From positions 3,526 through 67,525 of the forward strand of contig JAGYKL010000002.1 in assembly GCA_018401705.1 (NCBI GenBank): a DNA stretch of 64,000 nt, given 5' to 3'. Both the position numbers and the translations under genes were made by a program. The notes under the pieces are model-generated. The model was not told the origin of the DNA and ran no database searches. It was given only the letters and a program-made list of their open reading frames with translations. The stretch is from Bacteroidia bacterium (GTDB lineage Bacteria > Bacteroidota > Bacteroidia > M30B66). Positions 19,509-29,491 of the stretch are shown piece by piece; positions within the stretch are counted from its first letter, which is position 1, and each line of letters opens with the position of its first letter.

Positions 19509-21449
19509 CTAAGGATTATTGATTATCAACTTAATGATGCTACTAGATTCTTTAGAATGAACAACGATGAAGTATACTCCTGAAGAAAGACTAGATTTTA
19601 TCTTTACCTTCCTGCTATTGATAAAGTTGAGATTCGCCTTTATTTCTTTGCCATCAATTGAGTATACCTTCAATTGATCTATTGGTAAATCTGAACTAAT
19701 AAAAACGTTATCTCCAGATATTGCAGGGTTAGGGTAAAGATTTAAAGTAAAAGCTGGTTTGTTTATTGACAATGGACTGATAAGCTCTGTTAAACTATCA
19801 GCGGCAACTACAACTGGTGAATTATCAGAATTATCATACAAATTAAGGAATGTGTTTATTTCTGGTGCATCAAAAGCTCTCATTTCATTAAGCCATGATG
19901 GCGGAACAGCTTGATAATTAACCCTTACAAACGCTTTGAACTGTCCAGAATAACCATTTAATGCGACTTTATAATGTAGTATATCTTTTCCACTTCCTTC
20001 AACTCCTCCAAGCTTGTTAAAGTCAGGGTCTGTTTCAGCATTCCCAACAATTTTTACAGTATCATATGTTGAATGCAGTGTGGTAAAACCAACTGGAGGA
20101 AAACGATTATCCTTTAAGTGAGTTGCTGATCTCTCAAGCACTGTGGTTATATCTCCATTAACATCACCCATCACCATTTCATAAATCTGCACTTGATTTT
20201 CACTGTTAATGACATCATAATGAGGTTCAACCCCACCATTATAATTTACAATCTCACCATCACTTCCAAATGTTCCTGATTTGAACAATGTATCTCCGTT
20301 AAAATCAGTTAAGACAAATTCTACAACAGCTCTTCGGGCAGGGTAACCACTTGGGAATTTATGTCCTGCCTTATTGGTAAGTAAAACTTCAAAAGAAACA
20401 GAGTCATCTTCAAATGTAGGTGCAGATAATTCAACATCGAGGGTTTGGAACCTCAACATTCTCGTTATTGCAGCTAAAGATGAATCAAAGTTGGCATCCG
20501 AAACTTCAATACCTAAAAGTTCTTTATTCTCCTTAATAAGGTTTACCATGTAACTATTAGAACCTGCAAAACTGTGAAGGTTAAACGGAGATCTTCCCTG
20601 CAAAGCTGTATAACCAACGGCGATCTTTACCGGGTCTTCTATCTTAGGCATGTGACATGACTGGCAAGGAGTCTCCTGAAGTGGATATGCAGAATTTAAC
20701 CATTCATGATAAGTAGCCTGTTCAACAAAAGTCCCTCCCGTTTCATTACCTTCTAAATCAACAGTATTTGAGATGAGTGTGTGACAAGGTGAGCAAAAAC
20801 GGCCTTCACTTACATGCGGGCTGTAAGCTGGAGTGAAATTGACATAAAGTTGCATTGGCCCCACAAATGGCCCAAAAAATGGCCCATAAGCGACTCTTGT
20901 TGTATCAAACGGAATGTCACCTGTAAACCGGCTTCCCAAACCATCAAATCCAATTGAGTGGCAACCAAGGCAACCTACACCAGAGAGTCCTAATGAGTCT
21001 TGTTCTAAATCTTCAAGTGTGTAATGCCCCTCATTTCTGTAGAAAGCTGTAAAATGCCCCATTGGAGCATGGCATGAAGTACAAAGATTTTGAAGCTCTT
21101 CTGAATGACCTGGATTTGTTAAAGCCTCATGTCTAACTTTCGCTCTCCACAAAGGATCCACTCCAGCAAGACCCATCATTGAAGCTTCCCAGTCGTCAAA
21201 TAAATTCACATCTTCGCCAGCAAGATTCACATTAGCAAGACCCATAGGGTCTAAGCCATGGCATCCTTTGCACCTCAAAGAAGTTAAAAACAAAGCATTG
21301 GGATCAACTTCCCTGCTGTGAAGCTCCATCAAAGCTTTAATATGAGGCGAGTAATTGGAGTCCTCCTCTGATTTGTTATTCCCTTTAATTCCTGCAGCCA
21401 ACCCCACGAATCCAAGCAGCAGCGCCAATATTAATAACTTCCTAGTCAA
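19509..21449 (-). CDS. multiheme (five CxxCH) c-type cytochrome with a C-terminal T9SS sorting domain
   Basis: Five heme-attachment motifs: CKGCH, CTSCH, CLGCH, CSPCH, CQSCH. It has an N-terminal signal peptide (TTG start) and a C-terminal LYPNPA...GVYFIVVHS...IKLIINNP domain typical of type A T9SS CTDs. Confidence 0.8.
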   Translation of the reverse strand: MTRKLLILALLLGFVGLAAGIKGNNKSEEDSNYSPHIKALMELHSREVDPNALFLTSLRCKGCHGLDPMGLANVNLAGEDVNLFDDWEASMMGLAGVDPLWRAKVRHEALTNPGHSEELQNLCTSCHAPMGHFTAFYRNEGHYTLEDLEQDSLGLSGVGCLGCHSIGFDGLGSRFTGDIPFDTTRVAYGPFFGPFVGPMQLYVNFTPAYSPHVSEGRFCSPCHTLISNTVDLEGNETGGTFVEQATYHEWLNSAYPLQETPCQSCHMPKIEDPVKIAVGYTALQGRSPFNLHSFAGSNSYMVNLIKENKELLGIEVSDANFDSSLAAITRMLRFQTLDVELSAPTFEDDSVSFEVLLTNKAGHKFPSGYPARRAVVEFVLTDFNGDTLFKSGTFGSDGEIVNYNGGVEPHYDVINSENQVQIYEMVMGDVNGDITTVLERSATHLKDNRFPPVGFTTLHSTYDTVKIVGNAETDPDFNKLGGVEGSGKDILHYKVALNGYSGQFKAFVRVNYQAVPPSWLNEMRAFDAPEINTFLNLYDNSDNSPVVVAADSLTELISPLSINKPAFTLNLYPNPAISGDNVFISSDLPIDQLKVYSIDGKEIKANLNFINSRKVKIKSSLSSGVYFIVVHSKESSSIIKLIINNP

Positions 21450-21516
21450 AATGTATTCAAATAAATGTAATCAAATCAAGAAAGTAAAGTTACAGAAATA
21501 TCTAATTCCAACATGA

Positions 21517-22233
21517 TTAGTCGTATACATTCGCAACCTTCAAAAGCTCTTGCGTGTTTAAGATAGAAATGCGTTTCCCATTCAACGCAATCACATTATC
21601 ATGCTTAAATTCACTCAGTAATCTAATTGCTGTTTCTGTTGCTGTTCCAACAATATTTGCTATGTCTTCACGACTCATACTTACACTTATTGTGATGCCA
21701 TCATCTTCAAAACCGTAAGTATTCTTAAGATAGAGAAGCGCTTCAGCTACTCTTTCTCTTACAGGTTTTTGAGCTAAATCAATCATACGGTGCTCAGCGT
21801 TTTTCAAGTCTTTAGAAAGTAATTTCATCAATTGCATCGACAATATCCCATTACCATCAACCAATGTTAAAAAAGCTTTCTGAGGGATGAAACAAATTTT
21901 ACTGTCTTCAAGAGCCTCTGCTCCTGAAGCATATTTATCACCACTTAACAGAGCTCTGTAACCTAGAATGTCTCCTCCTTTTGCCAGCCTTACAATTTGT
22001 TCCTTTCCTTCATCTCCAATCCTAAAAATCTTAATCTTTCCTTCCTTTACGCAAAACAATCCATGAGGATATGCGCCTGCATTAAAAACTATTTGCCCCT
22101 TCTTATAAACGGCACATCCCTTTTCTTCATTAAGATAATCAAGCTCTTCCTTATGCAAATCGCAAAAAACCGATTTGCCTCTAGACTCACAATCAGCGCA
22201 ATCTGTTCTGTTAACTCTTGGATTCATCTTCAA
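21517..22233 (-). CDS. Crp/Fnr family transcriptional regulator, FNR-type with a Cys cluster
   Basis: cNMP-binding-like fold plus a C-terminal HTH (REDIANIVGTATETAIRLL). There are N-terminal cysteines at C12-x2-C15-x8-C24, and a central ICFIP that aligns with E. coli FNR Cys122 (VCEIP). Confidence 0.85.
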   Translation of the reverse strand: MKMNPRVNRTDCADCESRGKSVFCDLHKEELDYLNEEKGCAVYKKGQIVFNAGAYPHGLFCVKEGKIKIFRIGDEGKEQIVRLAKGGDILGYRALLSGDKYASGAEALEDSKICFIPQKAFLTLVDGNGILSMQLMKLLSKDLKNAEHRMIDLAQKPVRERVAEALLYLKNTYGFEDDGITISVSMSREDIANIVGTATETAIRLLSEFKHDNVIALNGKRISILNTQELLKVANVYD

Positions 22234-22446
22234 GATTTATATACTACGAAAGTAAATGGATTATTCATACGAATCAATAACTATTTAGGGTTAAAAAATT
22301 GGCTCTCTATGAGGAATTTCAAAACCTTATCTAATGAAATATTGTGAAAAACTATTATTAATAAAACTCCAAACATGCTGTAAATTATTTTCCCAAAGCG
22401 GACAAGTAGACTTACCTTCGCATCCTGAAGATTATTAAATAAACTT

Positions 22447-24189
22447 ATGCTGAGATCACACTCCTGTGGAGCTTTACGAATATCTGATACCACAAAAGAT
22501 GTTACTTTATGCGGCTGGGTTAGCCGTTCTCGAGATTTAGGAGGAATGACCTTTATCGACTTAAGAGACAGATTCGGAATAACGCAACTTGTTTTTAACA
22601 TGGATGACAAGCCGGATTTGTGCGAGCAAGCAAGAAAGTTAGGAAGGGAATTCGTAATTCAGGTGAAAGGCAAAGTTCTTGAGCGAAGCAATAAGAATAA
22701 AAACATCCCAACTGGCGAAGTTGAAGTGCTTGTTGGAGAGATGAAAATCCTCAATGCTTCCAAAACACCGCCTTTTACAATTGAAGATGATACTGATGGT
22801 GGCGATGAACTTCGAATGAAATACAGGTATCTTGATTTACGTCGAGACCCTGTTAGGAAAAATCTGGAACTACGCCATCGTTTGGCAAAAGCAATCAGAA
22901 ACTATCTTGACCAAGAAGATTTTCTTGAAGTCGAAACTCCTGTGCTTATTAAATCAACTCCAGAAGGAGCAAGAGATTTTGTAGTTCCATCAAGAATGAA
23001 CCAAGGTGAATTTTATGCTTTGCCTCAAAGTCCACAGACTTTCAAGCAAATCCTTATGGTTGCAGGATTCGACCGTTATTATCAGATTGTAAAATGCTTT
23101 CGTGATGAAGACCTTCGTGCCGACAGGCAACCTGAATTTACTCAAATAGATTGTGAATTGTCATTTGTTGAACAAGAAGATATCTTAAACATTTTCGAAG
23201 GTCTTGTTCGTTCTTTATTTTCTGAGGTTAAAGGGATAAAGTTTGATGCAGTGCCAAGGATGACTTATGCAGATGCCATGAAATACTACGGAAACGACAA
23301 GCCTGATATTCGTTTCGAAATGAAAATTCAAGACTTTACAGAAGCTACCAGAAACTCGGGCTTTGTTGTTTTCGACAACGCATCTATGGTTGGAGGTGTT
23401 GTTGCTCATGGTTGCGCTTCATACACTAGAAAGCAAGTTGATGAACTTACAGAATGGGTTAAAAGACCACAAATAGGTGCAGGTGGACTTATTTATATTC
23501 GTTTGAATGAAGATGGAAGTATCAAATCTTCGATTGATAAATTCTTCTCAGAAGAGCAATTGAGATCCTTTGCTGAACAAGCCAATGCAAAAACCGGAGA
23601 TTTGATTCTGATTCTTGCAGGTGATGAGCCTAAGACAAGAAAAGCTTTAAGTGAACTTCGTCTTGAAATGGGAAATCGTCTAAATCTAAGACCAAGAGAT
23701 ACTTATGCTCCTTTATGGGTGGTAGATTTTCCACTCTTAGAGTGGGATGAAGAATCAGCTCGCTTTCATGCAATGCACCATCCATTCACCTCACCGAAGC
23801 CTGAAGATTTGTCTATTCTTGAAAGTAATCCAGGACAAGTTAGAGCTAATGCATACGATTTAGTTATCAATGGCGTTGAGATTGGTGGAGGGTCTATTCG
23901 AATTCATGACAGAAGTCTGCAGCAAAAAATGTTTAGCCTTCTTGGTTTTAGTGATGAAGAAGCTCAAAAGCAATTTGGCTTTCTGATGAATGCTTTCGAA
24001 TTCGGGGCACCACCTCACGGTGGGATAGCTTTAGGCTTTGATCGTCTTTGCGCTATATTTGGTGGAGTTGATTCAATCAGAGACTTTATAGCTTTTCCAA
24101 AGAATAATTCGGGAAGAGATATGATGATTGACTCTCCTTCAACTATTGACGATGCTCAGCTTAAAGAACTTGGATTAAGCTTAAAATAA
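22447..24189 (+). CDS. aspS: aspartate--tRNA ligase
   Basis: 580 aa with class II aaRS motifs ([35 protein letters not shown]). Confidence 0.97.
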   Translation: MLRSHSCGALRISDTTKDVTLCGWVSRSRDLGGMTFIDLRDRFGITQLVFNMDDKPDLCEQARKLGREFVIQVKGKVLERSNKNKNIPTGEVEVLVGEMKILNASKTPPFTIEDDTDGGDELRMKYRYLDLRRDPVRKNLELRHRLAKAIRNYLDQEDFLEVETPVLIKSTPEGARDFVVPSRMNQGEFYALPQSPQTFKQILMVAGFDRYYQIVKCFRDEDLRADRQPEFTQIDCELSFVEQEDILNIFEGLVRSLFSEVKGIKFDAVPRMTYADAMKYYGNDKPDIRFEMKIQDFTEATRNSGFVVFDNASMVGGVVAHGCASYTRKQVDELTEWVKRPQIGAGGLIYIRLNEDGSIKSSIDKFFSEEQLRSFAEQANAKTGDLILILAGDEPKTRKALSELRLEMGNRLNLRPRDTYAPLWVVDFPLLEWDEESARFHAMHHPFTSPKPEDLSILESNPGQVRANAYDLVINGVEIGGGSIRIHDRSLQQKMFSLLGFSDEEAQKQFGFLMNAFEFGAPPHGGIALGFDRLCAIFGGVDSIRDFIAFPKNNSGRDMMIDSPSTIDDAQLKELGLSLK

Positions 24190-24190
24190 G

Positions 24191-24760
24191 ATGAAATTCA
24201 CCAGCCTTCTCATTTGCTTCTTGATTATAATGCATTTGAACTCATCTGCACAAAAGAGGCATAGTGAAGCTTACGAAACCGGAATTGTTTTGCTTGATTT
24301 ACATTCAAGTTTAGGGCTTTATAAAGACAGAAGCTTTGTAACACAGCGAATTCCAGTATTCATTGGCGGAGATTATGGGGCCGATAAAAACTTTTCAATT
24401 GGCGCCTTCGGCGGATGGAGCCAGCGCACATTTAAAGATGCGGGCTTTCCTTCTTATGATGTTAACTACTATTATTATGGTGGGAGAATCTCTGCTCACC
24501 TCACAGAAGTTTTAGCTCAAAAAACCATCCTGAAATTCAACCCCAGAACTGTTGATATATACGGAACAGTTTGGTTTGGCAGACAAGTCGCACGACAAAT
24601 AACCTTTTCAGGCTCAAACTTCATCGATTCAGGAGGAGTTACAATTTTTGGTGCTTATGCTGGGGTGAGGATGTATACAATGTATAGAGTTGGCATTTTG
24701 GTCGAGTTCGGCGCTGGCCCTTTTGGCATTTTCAATGTTGGGATTTGCGCTAAAATTTAA
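24191..24760 (+). CDS. hypothetical secreted / outer-membrane-like protein
   Basis: Signal peptide ending SSAQ, Gly/aromatic-rich strand-like segments, and a start 1 nt after the aspS stop. Confidence 0.5.
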   Translation: MKFTSLLICFLIIMHLNSSAQKRHSEAYETGIVLLDLHSSLGLYKDRSFVTQRIPVFIGGDYGADKNFSIGAFGGWSQRTFKDAGFPSYDVNYYYYGGRISAHLTEVLAQKTILKFNPRTVDIYGTVWFGRQVARQITFSGSNFIDSGGVTIFGAYAGVRMYTMYRVGILVEFGAGPFGIFNVGICAKI

Positions 24761-25203
24761 TTCTGTTTCGAGAATACCTTTTTGTAAACTGGCTTTCTGT
24801 AAAGGAATACCAAGAGCAGACCGGGCATAACAAATGGTATCAGAATCCAAGGTTTGATTCTAAATCTAATATCATCAATGATAATCACGTCTTGATTATT
24901 TTGTTCTATGATATGATGATGCTCCCAAAATGATAAAAAGAAAGGCAATTTGGTTCCCGAATCAACAAAATAGGTCTTTTGAGAATCCTCTCCGTGATCA
25001 ATTATTCTGCTATTCCATTGCTGTTTGAAGAATAAAAAATTCAGTTCCAGATTTACATCATCTCCAGTTTTACAACCATCAAATTTCTGTAAAACAAATG
25101 GAGGAAAAGGTGGAGCCAAACGTTCGAACAACTCTCTTGTAAAGCCGTTCATAACAACTTTGTGATTGGTATTCCGAACTTTAGTTTTTAGAATAATGTT
25201 CAT
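24757..25203 (-). CDS. hypothetical protein with a C-terminal TM helix
   Basis: ORF from the track. The start was moved to MNIILKT (25203), which abuts the ispH stop instead of overlapping it. No family recognised. Confidence 0.5.
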   Translation of the reverse strand: MNIILKTKVRNTNHKVVMNGFTRELFERLAPPFPPFVLQKFDGCKTGDDVNLELNFLFFKQQWNSRIIDHGEDSQKTYFVDSGTKLPFFLSFWEHHHIIEQNNQDVIIIDDIRFRIKPWILIPFVMPGLLLVFLYRKPVYKKVFSKQN

Positions 25204-25204
25204 C

Positions 25205-26047
25205 TTAGGCTTCAATAAGAGCCTGCCTAACATCTTCCATCAACCACATTGGAGTGGAAGTAGCTCCACAAATACCAATTTTATCCCCTGGCTGAAACCA
25301 GGATAAATCTAATTCCTCTTTTTTGGAAATAAAGAAGGTATTGGGATTTTGTTCCTTGCAAACATTGTAAAGCACCTTGCCGTTAGAGGACTTGGTTCCG
25401 CTCACAAAAAGGATTTTATCATATGATCTTGCGAATTCCCGAAGCTCTGTATCACGATCGCTAACCTGACTGCAAATGGTATCGTGCGCATTCACCTTTA
25501 CACCTCTTTCCTCTAAAGCTTTGCGTGTTTCATGAAACTTAGCTTTGCTCTTAGTAGTTTGGGTGTAGAGAGTTATTTCTTGTGGAATGTCAGCACCATC
25601 TAATTCTGAAATATCAGAAAAAACATGTCCTTCATTCTTTATTTGCCCCATCAACCCAGTTACTTCTGCATGACCTTGCTTACCCATTAAAAAAATGGTC
25701 TCCTTCTTATCATGAGAATTCCTGATTCGATTCTGCAGTTTTAGCACAACTGGGCAAGTTGCATCAATAAGGGTAATATTATTTTGTATGGCAATTTGAT
25801 AAGTAGAAGGTGGTTCTCCATGAGCCCTTATGAGAACATTTTCTCCCCTGAGTTGAGCGAACTCTTCATGATTGATTATCCGAAGGCCCTTGTTCTTGAG
25901 GCGATTCACTTCTTCATCGTTGTGGACAATATCTCCAAGACAATATAAATAACCCTTATCATTAAGAACATCTTCTGCCATTTCGATGGCATAGACAACC
26001 CCAAAACAGAAGCCTGAATTATCGTCTATGGTAACAGAGAGGTTCAT
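25205..26047 (-). CDS. ispH: 4-hydroxy-3-methylbut-2-enyl diphosphate reductase
   Basis: 280 aa with LytB/IspH hallmarks (GFCFGV, HNDEEV, ATCPVV, SSNG). Confidence 0.95.
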   Translation of the reverse strand: MNLSVTIDDNSGFCFGVVYAIEMAEDVLNDKGYLYCLGDIVHNDEEVNRLKNKGLRIINHEEFAQLRGENVLIRAHGEPPSTYQIAIQNNITLIDATCPVVLKLQNRIRNSHDKKETIFLMGKQGHAEVTGLMGQIKNEGHVFSDISELDGADIPQEITLYTQTTKSKAKFHETRKALEERGVKVNAHDTICSQVSDRDTELREFARSYDKILFVSGTKSSNGKVLYNVCKEQNPNTFFISKKEELDLSWFQPGDKIGICGATSTPMWLMEDVRQALIEA

Positions 26048-26091
26048 TTTAATATAAGATTGAAATTATGATATTGATAAACCTTAACAAA

Positions 26092-26946
26092 TCAACTTTG
26101 TTTAAGAAGATTTAAAGAATGTCTGACATAAGAGCTCAAAATGAGAGAATATTTTCTAGAATTGGGAATACGAATTCGCTCTTCAAGAACTCTTGACGGG
26201 GGAAGTGAAATTATTTTCTTAAACAGGGCGTAGTAATAAACGTAAGCAACATAAACTCCAAACCTTGCGCCTTTGGGTAATTGTTTGATTCCTTGAAATC
26301 CATCAGCAAAGTCTTTGGAAATATCTTTTTCTATTGCTTTTTTATTAGCCTCATCAAATTCCTTAAGGTTTAGATGAGGAAAGTAAACTCTACCCAGTTC
26401 ATAATAATCGTTGTGAAGATCACGAAGGAAATTAATTTTCTGAAAGGCAGAACCTAGCCGCATAGCGGGTTCTTTAAGATGCTGATACATCGCATTATTA
26501 CCTTCACAAAACACTCGCAAACACATAAGTCCAACAACTTCTGCAGAACCTAGAATATATTTTTCATATAATGTTTGATCATAAGTCACATCAAGCAAAT
26601 CCATCTCCATACTTTCGAGAAAGGTTTCTATCAACTCTCGATCAATTGAGTAAGAATTAACTACCTGCTGAAATGAATGCAGAATTGGATTTAGTGAAAT
26701 ACCACGATCAATAGCTTTGTAAGTATCCGCTTTGAATTCTTTGAGTAATTCTGGTGCATCTTCTCTCTTAAAAGAATCAACTATTTCATCAGCAAATCTG
26801 ACAAACCCATAGATTGCATAAATAGGATCATGAAACCGCTTGTTAAGTGACTTTATACCTAAGGTAAAGGATGTGCTGTAACGATGCGTAGTTGTTTTGC
26901 TGCATCTCAATGCAACAGAATCATAAAGATTCATTTTATCATTCAT
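26092..26946 (-). CDS. crtB: phytoene/squalene synthase family protein (phytoene synthase)
   Basis: 284 aa with an SQS_PSY-type pattern (YGFVRFADEIVD, GSAEVVGLMCLRVF, GSAFQKINFLRDL). Confidence 0.8.
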   Translation of the reverse strand: MNDKMNLYDSVALRCSKTTTHRYSTSFTLGIKSLNKRFHDPIYAIYGFVRFADEIVDSFKREDAPELLKEFKADTYKAIDRGISLNPILHSFQQVVNSYSIDRELIETFLESMEMDLLDVTYDQTLYEKYILGSAEVVGLMCLRVFCEGNNAMYQHLKEPAMRLGSAFQKINFLRDLHNDYYELGRVYFPHLNLKEFDEANKKAIEKDISKDFADGFQGIKQLPKGARFGVYVAYVYYYALFKKIISLPPSRVLEERIRIPNSRKYSLILSSYVRHSLNLLKQS

Positions 26947-26987
26947 TTATATTTGAAAGATAATAAATCAAACTGAACAATAAAATA

Positions 26988-27494
26988 TTAATTCCTATAA
27001 CCTTTAAGCATAGTCATAAGCTGACGGCGAGCCAAGAAAATTCTGCTTTTCACTGTTCCAATTGGAAGATCTAGATAATCAGCAATTTCCTTGTACTTAT
27101 ATCCATCAAAATACATGGTAAAAGGTATTTTATATTCATCCTGAAGCAAATTAATCTTCTTAAGAATTTCCCTTTCTGAGTACTTTGATTCCGGAGCGAA
27201 ACTTTGAGCTTGTTGTGGAATATTGAGAAAATACAAATCCTTAGTATTATCTACAATCGTGTTTGTTTTTACAGCACGACGATAGTTATTAATAAAGATG
27301 TTCTTCATTATGGTATACAACCAAGCCTTAAGATTTGTCTTTTCAACAAATCTATGTCTGTTACTAATTGCCTTCAACAATGTTTCCTGAAGCAAATCTT
27401 TTGCTTCTTCGTCGTTAGACGTAAGGTTTAGGGCAAAATATTTTAATGGCTTACTTAGACTTATTACTTCTGAATTAAACTCGATTGCTGACAT
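26988..27494 (-). CDS. ECF-type RNA polymerase sigma-70 family factor
   Basis: Region 2 (AKDLLQETLLKAISNRHRF...LKAWLYTIMKNIFINNYRR) and region 4 (YKEIADYLDLPIGTVKSRIFLARRQL). The start was chosen at MSAIEF (27494). Confidence 0.85.
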   Translation of the reverse strand: MSAIEFNSEVISLSKPLKYFALNLTSNDEEAKDLLQETLLKAISNRHRFVEKTNLKAWLYTIMKNIFINNYRRAVKTNTIVDNTKDLYFLNIPQQAQSFAPESKYSEREILKKINLLQDEYKIPFTMYFDGYKYKEIADYLDLPIGTVKSRIFLARRQLMTMLKGYRN

Positions 27495-27764
27495 GACGTT
27501 TGTATTTTTGTTTAACAACAGAACAAATGTATTAAACAATTTCTGTTTAACCAAATCGAAATCGCATTAAACAGAAATATATGTACAAACATTTATCTAG
27601 ATTGGAAACATTTAAACATAATACACTCATTATGTGAGCATTAAAACATTTCTAAGTTTGCTAATTTTTGTTAATTCTATTTTCAAACAGATTAGACGCT
27701 ATTTGACATCCTTGGCTTGCAGTAAGCTCCCCTATGCTTTTGTTTAAACAAATAGGAAAGGAGC

Positions 27765-27803
27765 GAAACAAAATAGGCCTGAACAACATAGTTGTTCAGG
27801 CCT
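27765..27803 (-). terminator. rho-independent terminator after the MerR/B12 gene
   Basis: 13-bp stem AGGCCTGAACAAC-ATA-GTTGTTCAGGCCT, followed on the minus strand by ATTTTGTTT. Confidence 0.8.
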
Positions 27804-27823
27804 ATAATAACATATTATATCTT

Positions 27824-28753
27824 CTAAGCTAAATACTTTTCAGATGAACTGTATTTAGGTCCAGCTATTTTAATCAAATCATAAACACCGCTTAAAAATT
27901 TCACGTTGGGCCATTCAGGCTCCCAACCCATAACTTGACTTCCTGCTGCCAGAATCTTGGTATCCTTTACTTCGTCAGTTAACCTTTTCATGTAAGCTTT
28001 TATTCCGTCCTGAGAATATGCAGCAGTAAAAAATGTTAGGATATATGAAGGTTTGTATTCTTTGCAATAATTGATTATATCCTCAACTGGCACTGTCTGT
28101 CCGAAATACATTACTTTCTTCCCTCTAACCTTGAGCAAATACTTGCTAAAGAGCAGCCCAATTTCATGTAACTCTCCTTCAGGTAAAAATAGGAGCCATT
28201 GTTCAGCGTCCGGAGCCGCAGTTCCAGAGTAGCCATCAATTGCTACAAGAGCCTTCTTACGAATAAGATTGCTTATAAAATGCTCTTGAATTATGTTGGC
28301 TTCACCTGTTCTCCACATTATTCCAACTTTTTGAAGAAATGGAATGATTACATTCAACATTGTTTCCTCAAAACCGTACTTTAAATTGCTAGTGTTTATT
28401 ACCTTCTCAAATTTCGAATCATCAAGATCCAACATGGCAATCACTAGATTGTCAGTTTGAGTTGCAAAAAAAGCATCAACATTTATAGGGTTAGCTACCA
28501 GCTCTTGAATTCGCTTTGTAATTTCTTGCTTCTCAAGCTTAACAACGTGCGAAATTTTATTTCCAGCCTTTACAAGTGAAGCTATATTAAGTATATGCTT
28601 TAACTCTTCGTCATTGTATAAACGAATGTTTGAGTCAGTTCTATCTGGACTTACCAGATTATAGCGTTGTTCCCATATTCTTATGGTATGGGCTTTAATC
28701 CCAGAAAGTCGCTCTAAATCTTTGATTGAATACTTTGAAGTCATGGACTGCAT
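27824..28753 (-). CDS. MerR family regulator with a B12-binding domain (CarH/LitR-type light sensor)
   Basis: N-terminal MerR HTH (YSIKDLERLSGIKAHTIRIWEQRYNL). It has the Wx9EH motif (WRTGEANIIQEH) and the ExHxxG cobalamin-binding motif (GELHEIG), both as in CarH. Confidence 0.85.
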   Translation of the reverse strand: MQSMTSKYSIKDLERLSGIKAHTIRIWEQRYNLVSPDRTDSNIRLYNDEELKHILNIASLVKAGNKISHVVKLEKQEITKRIQELVANPINVDAFFATQTDNLVIAMLDLDDSKFEKVINTSNLKYGFEETMLNVIIPFLQKVGIMWRTGEANIIQEHFISNLIRKKALVAIDGYSGTAAPDAEQWLLFLPEGELHEIGLLFSKYLLKVRGKKVMYFGQTVPVEDIINYCKEYKPSYILTFFTAAYSQDGIKAYMKRLTDEVKDTKILAAGSQVMGWEPEWPNVKFLSGVYDLIKIAGPKYSSSEKYLA

Positions 28754-28881
28754 TTCAAATACACTTTGCTTTCAGCACTTTTATCTTATAAAAAAGACTA
28801 TGCGATAATTACCTGTAAACGTAGCTGATGTATTCTTTGTTTAAAGATTTGTTAAAAATATGAAACTTATTTTGTTCTTAA

Positions 28882-29490
28882 TTAAGGAGTTTGCAGAGTG
28901 TCTTTGAAAACATCTAAATACCTTGAAACATATTTCCCTAAAATATCAAATTCTATATTAACACTGCTTCCAGGAGATAAGGTATGAAGGTTTGTGTTTT
29001 CCCATGTATAGGGAATAATTGCGACTTCAAATCCAGATAGCCTGCTATTTACAACAGTTAAACTAATCCCGTTCACACAAACAGACCCTTTCTCCACTGT
29101 CACAAAACCAGGAGATGGCAGATATTCAAAACGTAATCGCCATGAGCCCTTTTCGTCTATTATTTCCTTTATTTCTGCTATACAGTCAACATGGCCTTGA
29201 ACAATATGGCCATCTAAACGACCATTATAAGAAAGGCTTCTCTCAAGGTTTACCAAACTTCCTTCCTGAAGCAAGCCTAAATTTGTTTTGTCGAGTGTTT
29301 CTTTTATTGCAGTTACTCTGTAGCTATTATCCAAAACCTCTTCAACGGTAAGGCATACACCATTATGCGATAGACTTTGATCTACTTTTAGTTCCTTGGC
29401 CAAAGTTGATTTTACATAGAAACTCAAATTATCATCATGAGTAATTATCTTATCTACTCTCCCCAAACTTTCAATAATTCCTGTAAACAT
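28882..29490 (-). CDS. ribE: riboflavin synthase
   Basis: Begins with the canonical MFTGIIE and has two lumazine-binding repeats (GVCLTV / GISLTV). The start at 29490 lies just downstream of the stop of the upstream gene. Confidence 0.93.
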   Translation of the reverse strand: MFTGIIESLGRVDKIITHDDNLSFYVKSTLAKELKVDQSLSHNGVCLTVEEVLDNSYRVTAIKETLDKTNLGLLQEGSLVNLERSLSYNGRLDGHIVQGHVDCIAEIKEIIDEKGSWRLRFEYLPSPGFVTVEKGSVCVNGISLTVVNSRLSGFEVAIIPYTWENTNLHTLSPGSSVNIEFDILGKYVSRYLDVFKDTLQTP

Positions 29491-29491
29491 G

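Noticed and set aside
21450-21516. TTGATTTGATTACA upstream of the cytochrome gene (minus strand) as an FNR box.
   Set aside because: Only the left half-site matches. The right half (TTACA versus ATCAA) is poor, so it is not comparable to the three cco sites.
22281-22610. 109-aa minus-strand ORF overlapping the aspS start, and the 116-aa plus-strand ORF 21997..22347 overlapping the FNR gene.
   Set aside because: They overlap well-supported genes antisense and extend into AT-rich intergenic DNA. No motifs recognised.
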